A stretch of 64,000 nucleotides of DNA from Candidatus Harrisonbacteria bacterium (GTDB taxonomy: Bacteria; Patescibacteriota; Minisyncoccia; UBA6257; 1-14-0-10-44-23), in NCBI GenBank assembly GCA_023255625.1, contig JAHFLF010000001.1:94255-158254 (forward strand), in the 5' to 3' direction. This document shows positions 8,623-18,072 of the stretch, in pieces (within the stretch, counting starts at the first letter, position 1; each line of letters opens with the position of its first letter). Made by a program: the position numbers and the translations under genes. The notes beneath the pieces are model-generated. The model searched no databases. It was not told the DNA's origin and worked only from the letters and a program-made list of their open reading frames with translations.

Positions 8623-9663
8623 TCAAACATGCAAACTAAGTGCATTTTCTTCGTGCATTCTTTTTAAATCATCAATTGAAGTCGGCTTATCAATTCCCGG
8701 ATATTCAGCCGTATTATCTGATTCCCACAGGCGAATCGGCAATAACTGAACTCCCTCTTTGATGCTTTCCAGAGAAACTTCTGTTGCGTCCTCACCAAAT
8801 CGAATACCGTGGAGTTGATACATACCACCTTTCAAAATAATAGGCTTGTTATCTTGAACCGCCGATTCTAAAGCAATAAATGACCATTCCTGCCCAACTT
8901 TTTTCAGAGCGCCCAGCAAACGGCCTCCTGCATATAACAACACGCGGTTTTTCTCCTCCCCAGCTGCAATGACATGATAGGCTTCAGCATTTTCACAAGC
9001 GCAAAAATCATATGTGCGAATTCTTTTAGCGCTATCAAGCTCGTATGGCGCCGACAACAATTGAATTCCGGAAACGGGAATGGCATTATCTAAATCGTAG
9101 TGCCTGGCTATCTCAGGATCAATCCCTTTAAGATCAAAGCTGGAGATAATACCCATAGGATAATACTCAAGTAACATTTTTTGAATCTCTTGCCCCTCTT
9201 TTTCAGAAAAAAGATTGCCATACACTCCAAAATTACCGCCAATAAGTCGCCCCATTTCTCTCCGCTCACCATACCCCCGATACAACCCTGACATAATGGG
9301 ACCGGCTAAGCTATTCATAATACGGTTAGCGCTGGGATGATCTCTCCAATAATCAAAAGTGAGGGTTAGTACTGATAGAGCGAGGCCGAGATCTTGCCTA
9401 TCATAAACAAGTCCGAGAATCGCTGATTCAACAGATTCAAGAAATTTAGATACCCCCTCTTTTTCTTCCAACTGGTGCAAAGAAAATTTCTCCCAAGGCC
9501 CTACAAAATGGCTTTTCAAAAGGATTGCATCGAACGTAGCAATATCGGCAATGCCGAGCCGATGTAGCCTATCAACCAATTCCGGAGACTCTTCAACATT
9601 AATAAGTTGCTCCACCGCCTTCTTGCTTTCAACTGGTTTTTCAAAAGGATTATCGTGATCCAT
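8623..9663 (-). CDS. hypothetical protein (346 aa)
   Basis: Long uninterrupted ORF with normal composition. No assignable motif. Confidence 0.55.
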   Translation of the reverse strand: MDHDNPFEKPVESKKAVEQLINVEESPELVDRLHRLGIADIATFDAILLKSHFVGPWEKFSLHQLEEKEGVSKFLESVESAILGLVYDRQDLGLALSVLTLTFDYWRDHPSANRIMNSLAGPIMSGLYRGYGERREMGRLIGGNFGVYGNLFSEKEGQEIQKMLLEYYPMGIISSFDLKGIDPEIARHYDLDNAIPVSGIQLLSAPYELDSAKRIRTYDFCACENAEAYHVIAAGEEKNRVLLYAGGRLLGALKKVGQEWSFIALESAVQDNKPIILKGGMYQLHGIRFGEDATEVSLESIKEGVQLLPIRLWESDNTAEYPGIDKPTSIDDLKRMHEENALSLHV

Positions 9664-9689
9664 ATAATGATACTAGCTGATTACCGCCA

Positions 9690-9720
9690 AAACAAAAAGA
9701 CCGTCAACGACGGTCTTTTT
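9690..9720 (-). terminator. Rho-independent terminator downstream of rplL
   Basis: Minus read gaccgtcgttgacggtc + tttttgtttt. Confidence 0.6.
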
Positions 9721-9730
9721 GTTTGAATTC

Positions 9731-10099
9731 TTATTTCAATTCCACCGTCGCTCCAGCAGCTTCGAGAGACTTCTTAAGAGTCTCGGCATCTGCCTTAGCC
9801 AGGCCAGTCTTAACTGACTTTGGAGCAGCATCAACAATGTCCTTGGCTTCTTTCAAGCCCAAGCCAGTTGCCTCACGGATAACCTTGATGACCTGAATCT
9901 TCTGCTCACCACCCTTGGTAATAACCACATCCCACGCAGTCTTCTCTTCTGCTTCGGCTGGACCAGCACCTGCGGCTGCCGGGCCGGCTGCCATTGCTGC
10001 TGAAACACCAAACTTCTCCTCCATTTTCTTCACGAGCTCTGCGAGCTCGGCAACGGTCAATTTCTCAACCGCGCTCATTATTGCGTCAAAATCTGCCAT
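9731..10099 (-). CDS. rplL: 50S ribosomal protein L7/L12
   Basis: Ala/Gly-rich hinge then ...[39 protein letters not shown]... C-terminal domain. Confidence 0.92.
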   Translation of the reverse strand: MADFDAIMSAVEKLTVAELAELVKKMEEKFGVSAAMAAGPAAAGAGPAEAEEKTAWDVVITKGGEQKIQVIKVIREATGLGLKEAKDIVDAAPKSVKTGLAKADAETLKKSLEAAGATVELK

Positions 10100-10208
10100 A
10101 AATAAGTTATAAAGTTATAAAGTTATAAAGTTCATCAAGTAGACACGGACGAACTCACAACTCTCTAACTTTTTAATTAATATTTTTAATTTCTCGACTT
10201 GATAAACT

Positions 10209-10757
10209 TTAAGAACTTGATGAACTTGCGACTAGCTCCGCGCGCTTTTTCCCGATTTCTTTCAGCGCGATGAGCAATTTGCGAATTGGGCCGGCCATCG
10301 TACCAACAACCTGCGCAAGGAGGACCTCACGGCTCGGGAGTTTAGCGATGACATTGAACTCGGCGACAGGAATCGCGCGGTTGCCCTCGCGGTCGTAGGC
10401 GCCAAGAACTTTGTACTCAATCTTGCTCTTTGCAAGCTCCTTTGAGAACTTAAAGATTGCAGCGGCAACAGAGGTCAAATCATCTTTTGCAAACACGGTT
10501 GCAACCTGCGCCTTGCTAGAGAGTGCATCCGGCTCAATGCCATGCTCTTTGAGCGCAATTTTGAGCAGACGCTTTTTAAAGACCTTGTAGGTCGCGCCAG
10601 CTTTTTTGAGCTCATTCTTCAGCCGATTGACATCTTTAGTCGGCGCGCCGGTAAAGTCAGCAAAGACGAGCGACTTGCTTCCCTTCACGAGCTTGCTACT
10701 CTCGGCAACATGCTCTTTCTTTTGTGCTTTTGTTAACATACTAATATGCGATACCAA
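10209..10757 (-). CDS. rplJ: 50S ribosomal protein L10
   Basis: L10 fold signature. Directly upstream of rplL. True start may be MLTKAQ at 10739. Confidence 0.85.
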   Translation of the reverse strand: MVSHISMLTKAQKKEHVAESSKLVKGSKSLVFADFTGAPTKDVNRLKNELKKAGATYKVFKKRLLKIALKEHGIEPDALSSKAQVATVFAKDDLTSVAAAIFKFSKELAKSKIEYKVLGAYDREGNRAIPVAEFNVIAKLPSREVLLAQVVGTMAGPIRKLLIALKEIGKKRAELVASSSSS

Positions 10758-10979
10758 TATACGAATTCATACCAATGCTACGAATGACAACGAATGAATT
10801 TCATACAATGGACCGCGATAAATTTTTCGACCTGACCAATAAAAAATGGCCGCTAGGCCGTAGTGGAATCCCGTCTCATGTTACATGTTACATGTTACAC
10901 GATATACGAAAACTTCCTCGGGCAGAAATTAAGGGTTACCCCACTGCCTGTCTACGGATACAGACAATATACTAGAAAG

Positions 10980-11700
10980 TTTCGTAAAGGTCAACTCGCC
11001 ATCTCCGCAAACTAGGGGCAGGAAAGCGAAGCGGGTCCGGTCAGCAAGTAGCCGACCGGACCAGAACTTCAAGAGAGTTTTAAAATCAGGTATCTCTTGA
11101 TTACCCTTGCCGGAGGTTACCGGCGATGACTGCTCCTCTGTTTGGAGTAGCAGTGCCGAGGAGACCGACGGTAGTAAGGCGTCGTCGGTCTTGTGAGCCG
11201 CGGCAGTGGATGCCGCCGCCTCATCAGAACGACCGCCTAGCCACTGCCGGCCGATGACACTGCTGCGCCATCGGCTTCTTGGTTGTCGCCTTGGGCCGAG
11301 CGACTGCAGGGCTCTGCGCAGCGGCCTTCAGTGCAGCAGCCCGCCGCTGAACCACGATCCGCCTCCTTGCCGCCAGGAAGTGATCGGCGCGACTCACGCG
11401 GACACCGAGGGCAGGACATCCACCCTCCCGATCCTGATCTGGGATGAGTCAGTCCTCATCTTCTCCGGGATGACGCCATCCGGATAGAACTGCTGGACCC
11501 GGTCCTCCATCGCCACCTCCACCGGCGGCGACTCCCGCGGATCCGCCGCTTCCAGAGCGAATCCTGCCGCGAGCGTCAGCTCGGTACGCACCCTCACGGC
11601 AGCCACACTGTCTCTCCCTCTCTTCATCGCGCATCCTCGCTTTCTTTGTATGCGCGGTTGTCCCTGCTCGCCTGCCTCCCGAAAGGCAGATCTAATCCCA
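10980..11700. other. ~700-bp high-GC (~60-65 %), hairpin-dense island with no single clean long ORF
   Basis: Composition shift relative to flanks. Several consecutive perfect hairpins, e.g. gggtccggtc..gaccggacc and gaccgacg..cgtcggtc. Overlapping short ORFs on both strands. Confidence 0.5.
11394..11627 (-). CDS. possible small high-GC ORF (77 aa) inside the GC island
   Basis: AGGA 6 nt before ATG. Codons strongly GC3-biased (GTG, GCC, CTG, GAG), unlike host genes. No motif. Confidence 0.2.
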   Translation of the reverse strand: MKRGRDSVAAVRVRTELTLAAGFALEAADPRESPPVEVAMEDRVQQFYPDGVIPEKMRTDSSQIRIGRVDVLPSVSA

Positions 11701-11858
11701 ACGAGCTTGGACGGATGCTCCGTTCTTCTAATAATTTCAAAAAAACGAAACATCCGTCCAATTAAGGACTTCAATGTGATTCAAAGAACTAAATCAGTTA
11801 TACATCTATTACTAGTTACTGTCAAATAACAGTAATATCAAATAGACGCATAACCTTT

Positions 11859-12572
11859 TTATTGTACTCCTCCATTTTCTTTTCGCCAAGCGTCAATCAA
11901 CTTGTGGTTCCCGCCTAAAAGTACTGGAGGTACTTTTAGAAGTTTGTAGTTTGTAGTTTGTAGTTTGTAGCGGATAGTTTCGGGTTTCGTAAAAACCGGG
12001 TACGAACCCTGATTCTCTTCCAATGATTCCGATTTGCCCAGCACGCCCGGAATTTGGCGCGAAACAGCATCAACAACAATTGCTGCCCCAAGCTCGCCGC
12101 CGGTAATTACATAATCTCCCAAAGAAATCTCCTCGTCAGCAACATACTGCGCCACGCGCTCGTCAACGCCCTCGTACCGGCCGCAAATAAAAATCAACTG
12201 GTCGTATTTTGCCAACCGCCGCGCCGCGGCGGCGTCAAAAACTTTCCCGCGAGTTGAGAACAAAATTACGCGGCTTTTCGTGCCCTTTGCCCTTTGCCCT
12301 TTGCCCTTCTTCGCGGCCGCTACTGCGGCCGCGATCGGCCCAAAACTCATCACCATCCCCGCCCCGCCCCCATAAGGCCGGTCATCTACTTTACGGTGTT
12401 TATCTTTTGAAAAAACCCTAATATCGTATGCCTGAATCTGTATCAATTTCTTTTCCTGCGCGCGCTTTAAAATAGACTCAGAAAAGTACGAATCCAAAAT
12501 CTTTGGAAAAATGGTAAGAATATCGAACCGGATCATGCGGGTCATACTACCCTTTTGCTCGTCTTCCGGCAA
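11859..12572 (-). CDS. trmD: tRNA (guanine37-N1)-methyltransferase TrmD, with low-complexity insert and C-terminal extension
   Basis: IRFDILTIFP...YGGGAGMVM...ICGRYEGVDERV TrmD (SPOUT) motifs. An internal ctttgcc x3 repeat encodes KGKGQRAKG. A gtttgta x4 tandem repeat (11929-11960) encodes the YKLQTTNYKLLK tail. Confidence 0.9.
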   Translation of the reverse strand: MPEDEQKGSMTRMIRFDILTIFPKILDSYFSESILKRAQEKKLIQIQAYDIRVFSKDKHRKVDDRPYGGGAGMVMSFGPIAAAVAAAKKGKGQRAKGTKSRVILFSTRGKVFDAAAARRLAKYDQLIFICGRYEGVDERVAQYVADEEISLGDYVITGGELGAAIVVDAVSRQIPGVLGKSESLEENQGSYPVFTKPETIRYKLQTTNYKLLKVPPVLLGGNHKLIDAWRKENGGVQ

Positions 12573-12771
12573 ATGCGAAAATTAAACCGATAACCCACAG
12601 TAAAGGCAAAACCAAAAATCCTAGAATGATAGTTCCGAAACCGCTACCCCAATCTTTTGGGAAAAATAATACAGCAAATAATAAAAGTATGATCGGAGCA
12701 ATTAAAAAAATCTTCGCAAGAACAGTAAAGGCATCCTTTGCTGGGTTCATCTTCGGACTATCATTCTCCAT
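12547..12771 (-). CDS. small membrane protein, hypothetical (74 aa, 2 TM)
   Basis: Hydrophobic ORF overlapping the trmD start by 26 nt. Confidence 0.35.
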   Translation of the reverse strand: MENDSPKMNPAKDAFTVLAKIFLIAPIILLLFAVLFFPKDWGSGFGTIILGFLVLPLLWVIGLIFAFAGRRAKG

Positions 12772-12801
12772 ATCTTTTTATTTTATCACAAAACCCGTTA
12801 C

Positions 12802-13029
12802 CTATAATAAATCAATAAATTCTTGAACCGTGAGCTCCGCTTGAATAATAATTGACTTGAGTGTCTTGGGCGCGAGCTCACGGTTATGATATGCAATCAC
12901 GACATGAAGATGTGGTTTGTCCAGAAACCGCAAATTGATATGACTACCTGTACGATGATGGATATAAAATCCGTAACGCAATAAGGCCGCTAAAACTTTA
13001 CGCGGAGTGCAATGTGGCAGTTTTGGCAT
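12802..13029 (-). CDS. hicA: HicA-like toxin (YcfA family mRNA interferase)
   Basis: ...PRKVLAALLRYGFYIHHRTGSHINLRF...KPHLHVVIAYHNRELAPKTLKSIIIQAEL... matches the HicA dsRBD-like fold with the conserved GSH. Start taken at M8; M1 at 13050 is also possible. Confidence 0.6.
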   Translation of the reverse strand: MPKLPHCTPRKVLAALLRYGFYIHHRTGSHINLRFLDKPHLHVVIAYHNRELAPKTLKSIIIQAELTVQEFIDLL

Positions 13030-13036
13030 GCGAAAT

Positions 13037-13294
13037 TTATACCGCAACACTAACTCTCATTTGAGCCGATTCATCTTCTTTCGGTACTTGCTCTTTGGCC
13101 TTAATGAGACCGGCGACATAACATTCAATAGCATCTTTAGCCATTATGCGCGCCTCCTCCAGAGTTCTTCCTTCGGTAACCAAGCCAGGCAAAGCAGGAA
13201 CAGTCGCTGTATATCCGTGGAGTTCGTTACGCTCAAAAAAAACGGTATACTCGTAGATATTCCGCTTTATTTTTTGTTTTCGTACAATTGCCAT
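13037..13294 (-). CDS. hicB: HicB-like antitoxin (UPF0150 / RNase H-like fold)
   Basis: YTVFFERNELHGYTATVPALPGLVTEGRTLEEARIMAKDAIECYV is the HicB N-domain signature. Immediately upstream of hicA. Confidence 0.6.
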   Translation of the reverse strand: MAIVRKQKIKRNIYEYTVFFERNELHGYTATVPALPGLVTEGRTLEEARIMAKDAIECYVAGLIKAKEQVPKEDESAQMRVSVAV

Positions 13295-13336
13295 ATTTGC
13301 ATAGTACTACAAAGCACAACGAAAATCCAACACCCG

Positions 13337-13576
13337 CTATTTCAGCAGCTTTTTCTTATGCAATCTATATACACCAAAAAGAATATAGACTACTCCAGCG
13401 CCAAAAGATGCAAGGGAAAAACACATTGCCCCATCACGGGCCCAAGAAAAACTTGTAGATTCCCAACCGAAGTTCGGCCCGTCAAAGATATGCTCTAAGC
13501 TAAAACTAAAAGATGCAGCTGCCAAAAGCCAGAGTATGCCGGCCGTCCAGAATGCAGCTTTAGGACTTTTTGGCAT
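13337..13576 (-). CDS. small membrane protein, hypothetical (79 aa)
   Basis: Two hydrophobic helices. Confidence 0.35.
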   Translation of the reverse strand: MPKSPKAAFWTAGILWLLAAASFSFSLEHIFDGPNFGWESTSFSWARDGAMCFSLASFGAGVVYILFGVYRLHKKKLLK

Positions 13577-13578
13577 AA

Positions 13579-14019
13579 CTAAAATTTCAGCTCATCCGCC
13601 ACCGGCCCATCAAACTTCGGCGTGCTGGGCGTGTACGGAGTGTCGTTTGGGACATACGGTGGCTCGTCTCTTGCCGGCGCGCTAGCCGCCGGTGCGGCGT
13701 ACGATGTAGTCTGCGGCTGGCGAGGCAATACTGGCCGAGCACTTGGCTCTGGGCGAACAAAGGTTGACCCCTCTGGCTCATCAATCTTTAAATTCACGCG
13801 GGCCTGATGCTTGATGCCAACAATGCGCAGCAAACTGCGAATCGCCTTTGCGGTTGCGCCCTGACGACCAACAACCTGACCCATGTCTTCTTTGTGCACC
13901 TTGAGCCGTAAGAGTACGCCCAGGTCATCAACACTCCGCTCAACCACAACTTGCTCCGGGTGATCAACAAGCGACTTTACTAAATACTCCAAAAACTCCT
14001 GATCTAAAAATTTCTCCAT
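13579..14019 (-). CDS. KH-domain RNA-binding protein (KhpA/YlqC-like) with Pro-rich C-terminal extension
   Basis: EFLEYLVKSLVDHPEQVVVE...LLRLKVHKEDMGQVVGRQGATAKAIRSLL is the KH GxxG motif. Canonical position after rpsP. Start placed at MEKFLDQ. Confidence 0.7.
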   Translation of the reverse strand: MEKFLDQEFLEYLVKSLVDHPEQVVVERSVDDLGVLLRLKVHKEDMGQVVGRQGATAKAIRSLLRIVGIKHQARVNLKIDEPEGSTFVRPEPSARPVLPRQPQTTSYAAPAASAPARDEPPYVPNDTPYTPSTPKFDGPVADELKF

Positions 14020-14109
14020 GTGAGTAATCGCCAATATCGCGAATCTAGGCAAAATAACGCGAATGAATGCATTACAGACTAACTCGGATATTCAGCAAAT
14101 CTTTCGTAA

Positions 14110-14190
14110 CGACCTTTTCTGTATAATGAAACTATTCTAGCAAAAATAAAAAAATCTGCAAACTCCATGCACTGATAAAATTATCCTTAG
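14110..14190. other. 17-bp-stem hairpin gcgcatagtttcggcca...tgaccgaaactatgcgc in the rpsP-khpA intergenic region
   Basis: Coordinates are approximate; the hairpin was read at ~14241-14304 (reverse complements with one mismatch, ~30-nt loop), adjacent to palindrome copy 2. Confidence 0.4.
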
Positions 14191-14195
14191 GCCAT

Positions 14196-14232
14196 GTTAC
14201 AGCGTACTAGTACGCTGTAACATGGCAACTAG
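14196..14232. repeat. 30-bp perfect palindrome TGTTACAGCGTAC-TAG-TACGCTGTAACA, copy 2 of 2
   Basis: Identical to 1303-1332. ~80 nt 3' of the rpsP stop. Confidence 0.7.
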
Positions 14233-14306
14233 CAGCGCATAGTTTCGGCCATAGGGAGCACTAAATCTTCTGTGCTCATCTTGACCGAAACTATGCGCTG
14301 TAAATC

Positions 14307-14591
14307 TTATTTCTTTTCTTTAACTTTTTTGATTTCGTGATTCGCTCGGGTCTTCTGCTCAATCATCTTCTCCCGGACCAACAGGTTGTGGACGGTATCT
14401 GACGCCTGCGCGCCAACACCGAGCCAATACTTTACGCGCTCGGCATTAAAATGTGCTTTTTTCTCGCGCGGATTGTACCAGCCAAGATCCTCGGTTGAGT
14501 CTCCTTTTAACTTTGAGCGGCGCTCACCAACAACCAAACGAAACGCTGGCTGATGCTTTTTACCAATTCTTTTTAGTCTGATAGACAACAT
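14307..14591 (-). CDS. rpsP: 30S ribosomal protein S16
   Basis: MLSIRLKRIGKKHQPAFRLVV...GWYNP S16 signature. Confidence 0.9.
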   Translation of the reverse strand: MLSIRLKRIGKKHQPAFRLVVGERRSKLKGDSTEDLGWYNPREKKAHFNAERVKYWLGVGAQASDTVHNLLVREKMIEQKTRANHEIKKVKEKK

Positions 14592-14631
14592 AATAGACAA
14601 GATAATAGCTCATTCATGTCACACTTGTCAA

Positions 14632-15751
14632 TTACCACTTCTCATCATCCGCGTCGTTAAGCTCCAGGGGGACATTGCCCGGAAAATCAATTGCACTCGC
14701 GGCCCTCACAACATTGGATTCAACCCTGGCTATGCTACACCGCTTACTACTTTCTACGCGGCTATTATACCGCTTAACATTGCCGGTCGAATTATGCGCA
14801 GAGCCAATAACATAGAAGGTTTTATTTTCTCTGTGCGCATCCATCCACGCGTTCGTGGAGGCAACGGCTGCGTCTTCGCGGATTCGGGAAAGTTCGACAA
14901 GACGCTTTTGATGTTTTTCTTTGGCTTCGGCTGGAGCGCTTTCCTTAGGCGTATTCCGTATTACCTCCAACATTTCCATAGCTGCTGCGCGGTTATCACC
15001 GGTTTCCAGATTGAACTTACCCTCTCCATCAATCCGAGCCTTCCACGGCCCTCCCAAAGTTATATAAAGATTGTCCCCTTTAATAAGACGCTGCTCTGCG
15101 AGTTCGGCCAATTTTAATTCAAATCCCGGCCTATCTTCTGTAGTTGCGAAAGGCAAAAACTTTCTAAGACGAACTCTTAGGAAGTAGCCAAGAGTTGCCT
15201 TTTGGAATTCATCTAGATCAGGTCTATTCGAATTTTTATCATAGTCTTCGATCAGTGTGGCCAGAAGCTTTTGAACCGCCGCCGTATCGCCATTTCGCAT
15301 CGCAGTATTGAATAGGCCGTCGCATTGATTCAGATATTTATACAAAAAAGCAGCTTCTGTGTCAGCGGCAAGGTCAAGCCCCTCCAAAAAGAATGTATGA
15401 ATCCCATATTCCTCTCCTACATAGTTAATTAATGCTTCAATGTCTTTTTGATTTTGGATAATAAAGGGTGCGGCTCCGCTCTTCTCGTCTCTTGCGAGTT
15501 CGCCGGAACTATGGAGCTGTACCACTTCAAATATGGTACGCGGTCCGCGGATATCTTTTTTCTCCTTAAGTTCGAATCGAGATCTAATATCTCCAAGTTC
15601 AAAATGAAACGATTTTTTTGGTTCAGATTCGCGTCGAGCTATAGGGGGGGGGTTCTGGGCGTTCCGGCTCTTTACTGCAATCGAGAGCGCCAAGGGCAAG
15701 AGCCGCGGGTAAAATGAACTTCTTGAAATTGCTTTGTTCTGGTGAATCCAT
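14632..15751 (-). CDS. hypothetical secreted/lipoprotein-like protein, interrupted by a +1/-1 frameshift at a poly-C9 (forward poly-G9) tract
   Basis: ATG at 15751 encodes signal-peptide-like MDSPEQSNFKKFILPAALALGALDCSKEPERPEPPP, which hits a stop in that frame. The 355-aa body continues in the +1 frame from the G9 run at 15644-15652. Deleting one G would fuse them. Confidence 0.5.
15644..15652. repeat. homopolymeric G9 tract at the frameshift point
   Basis: ataggggggggttctgggc. Confidence 0.8.
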
Positions 15752-15752
15752 A

Positions 15753-17972
15753 TTACGGTTTTTCGATTACTTTTTCAGCATCTTCTAATTTTATTGAAAG
15801 CAACTTACTCGTGCCGTCTGCGGCCATAGTTACACCATAAAGAACATTGGCGGCACTCATCGTCGCGCGGTTGTGAGTAACGATAACGAACTGGGTCTTG
15901 CCACCAAAATTCTCTACTAAATTCGCAAATCGTTTGGTATTATTTTCGTCCAGTGCGGCATCAACCTCATCCAACACTAAAAATGGCGGTGGGCTGACGG
16001 CGATGAGCGCGAACAACACGGCAATAGAAACCAAACTGCGCTCACCGCCAGACAGCAGATCCAATCCTTTAATATTCTTACGCGGGATGGCCAGCTCAAT
16101 ATCCAAACCCGCCTCCTGTGGCTCTTGCTCGCTCTCCCCGAGTAGAACTTCCTCGCTCGGTCCTTCCTTGGCCTCCGTAGCTTTAGCGAAGGATGGCTTC
16201 TCCAAATGCAATTTCGCCTTCCCGCCGTTAAACATCAAGCGGAAGTAATTATTAAATTCCTCGTTGACGAGGTGCAAGGACTTCGTAAATTCTTCATGCA
16301 ACTTCTTTTTTAAATCTGAAATCAACTGCTTTAAATCTTTTGTCGCCTTTTCTAAATCCTCAATCTGCTTTTCCAAAAATGCATATCGCTCCTCCATCTG
16401 CTTGGCTTGCTCAATCATGGCCGGATCAATATCACCTATCGCAGCCAACTCCCCGCGCAGCTTCAGCATCCGATGTTCAACATCTACAATTTGAACATCG
16501 CCCTGCGAAGCCTCTGGCGAAGCATGGGTAGCGTTGAATTCAGAGAGATTGCGACCCGCCTGCCGTGCCTGATGCTCAAGCTCACCGCGGCGCATGGTTA
16601 TCTTCTCCCGCTCAAACTGCAAGCGGCTCTTGTGTGTCTCCAGTGTATTTATTTCATTTTGTTTCTGCTGCACCTTTTCAAATGCGGCTTTAAAAAGTAC
16701 ATTGAACTCGCGCATCTCACCGGCAAGCTTATTTTCCATTGTCCCCAGCTCGCTCAAATGCTTCTCAAGCTGCTCAAGCTCACTAAGTAATTTTTTCTTC
16801 ACCTCGGCAAGATCGTCGTGACGGTTTTTTGCCTCGCGGCTGCCGCCGTCAAGCACGCCCTCTATTTTATCGGACAACATCGAAAGCAATTTCTTAATCG
16901 CAGCAATATCATCAGCGGCAAGCGCCTGCGCAATCGCCTCTTTGGCATCCTTCACAACCGACAGCAGTTCCGCCTCTTTGACGGTTGCCTTCGGTCTGGA
17001 TAGCAAAAACTCAATCTCCGCCTCTAGCCGGCCCAACTCTTTTTGAATCTGACCACGACGGCCAAATAATTCAGTCTGCTTCTTTTTGAAATCAGCATAT
17101 GGATCGGCTGCGGGTTTACCCTCCGTAGCTTCAGCGAAGGAGGGCTGTCGCTTTTCTACTGCCGAAAGCTCCTCTCGCAACTCATGCAAATCTTTTTGTT
17201 TTTCAGCAAGCTGGCCATCAAGTAACTTCACCTGGGGCTCAATTTTTTCTTCATCAACTTTGAGCTCAAAAAGTTTTGCGCCAAAATATTGCTGCTCAAA
17301 ACTCGCCAGCTCTTGCTTCACTTGATCATGCTTTTCAAATCGGCCGGCCTGGCGGCGCAAAATCCGAAGTGATGGCAAGAGCTCCTCAACCAGCGCCCGC
17401 GCCTTATCCAAATTAACTCCGGTTGTCTCCAATTTATTCTCCGCCTCATGCCTCTTAATCTGATACTGACGCAGGCCCAGCACCTCTTCAAGCATCACGC
17501 GCCTCTCAATCGGACTAGCTTTGATAAACAAATCAGCGTTGCCCTGGTTGATGATTGCAAATCCTTTTGTACCCAACCGCGCCTTACTGAAAAAGTCCAC
17601 AATGTCGCGCATGCGCACCTCACCTTCATTAATAAAGTAAGCAGAGGTGCCGTCGCGGGTTACCCGGCGGCGAATCGTAACCTCGGTGTAATCAACCGGA
17701 AAAAAGTGTGTGCTGTTATCAAAGGTAATTTTGACCTCGGCAAACGATGACCGCGGCCGCTGCAAAGTACCCGAGTACAACAAATTCTCGCTCTTTTCAG
17801 CGCGAATATTCTTTGCCTCGCGCTCTCCCAAAATCCAGCGCAGCGCGTCAATCACATTTGATTTGCCTGAACCGTTTGGCCCGACAATAGCCGTGACTCC
17901 CTCGCCAAACTCCAGCGAGGTCTTTGAGGCAAAAGACTTAAAACCTAATAATTCAAGACGCTTGAGATACAT
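15753..17972 (-). CDS. smc: SMC-family chromosome segregation ATPase (shortened, 739 aa)
   Basis: Walker A GPNGSGKSN at the N-terminus, long coiled-coil, C-terminal LSGGERSLVSIAVLFALI signature motif and D-loop LDEVDAALD. Confidence 0.8.
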   Translation of the reverse strand: MYLKRLELLGFKSFASKTSLEFGEGVTAIVGPNGSGKSNVIDALRWILGEREAKNIRAEKSENLLYSGTLQRPRSSFAEVKITFDNSTHFFPVDYTEVTIRRRVTRDGTSAYFINEGEVRMRDIVDFFSKARLGTKGFAIINQGNADLFIKASPIERRVMLEEVLGLRQYQIKRHEAENKLETTGVNLDKARALVEELLPSLRILRRQAGRFEKHDQVKQELASFEQQYFGAKLFELKVDEEKIEPQVKLLDGQLAEKQKDLHELREELSAVEKRQPSFAEATEGKPAADPYADFKKKQTELFGRRGQIQKELGRLEAEIEFLLSRPKATVKEAELLSVVKDAKEAIAQALAADDIAAIKKLLSMLSDKIEGVLDGGSREAKNRHDDLAEVKKKLLSELEQLEKHLSELGTMENKLAGEMREFNVLFKAAFEKVQQKQNEINTLETHKSRLQFEREKITMRRGELEHQARQAGRNLSEFNATHASPEASQGDVQIVDVEHRMLKLRGELAAIGDIDPAMIEQAKQMEERYAFLEKQIEDLEKATKDLKQLISDLKKKLHEEFTKSLHLVNEEFNNYFRLMFNGGKAKLHLEKPSFAKATEAKEGPSEEVLLGESEQEPQEAGLDIELAIPRKNIKGLDLLSGGERSLVSIAVLFALIAVSPPPFLVLDEVDAALDENNTKRFANLVENFGGKTQFVIVTHNRATMSAANVLYGVTMAADGTSKLLSIKLEDAEKVIEKP

Positions 17973-17980
17973 GAATCAGT

Positions 17981-18068
17981 TAGTTTGTTAGTTAGTCCAT
18001 AGTTAGTTAGCAAAAATCGGATACATCTATTGTACTAAGTAACTAACCAACTAACAACCAACTAACCA
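17981..18068. repeat. TTAGTTAG-type inverted-repeat hairpin between smc and Cys-rich gene A
   Basis: cagttagtttgttagttagtcc...ctaaccaactaacaaccaactaaccaa. Confidence 0.55.
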
Positions 18069-18072
18069 AATC

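Noticed and set aside
10980-11700. RNase P RNA / tmRNA / SRP RNA in the hairpin-rich GC island
   Set aside because: I looked for GGAAAGUCCGGGCU...ACAGAACCCGGCUUA (RNase P), the tRNA-like 3' end GGUUCGAUUCC...CCACCA (tmRNA), and the GGAAGGAAGCAGCC helix-8 motif (SRP). Only loose resemblance (AGGAAAG...GUCCGG); not enough to call.
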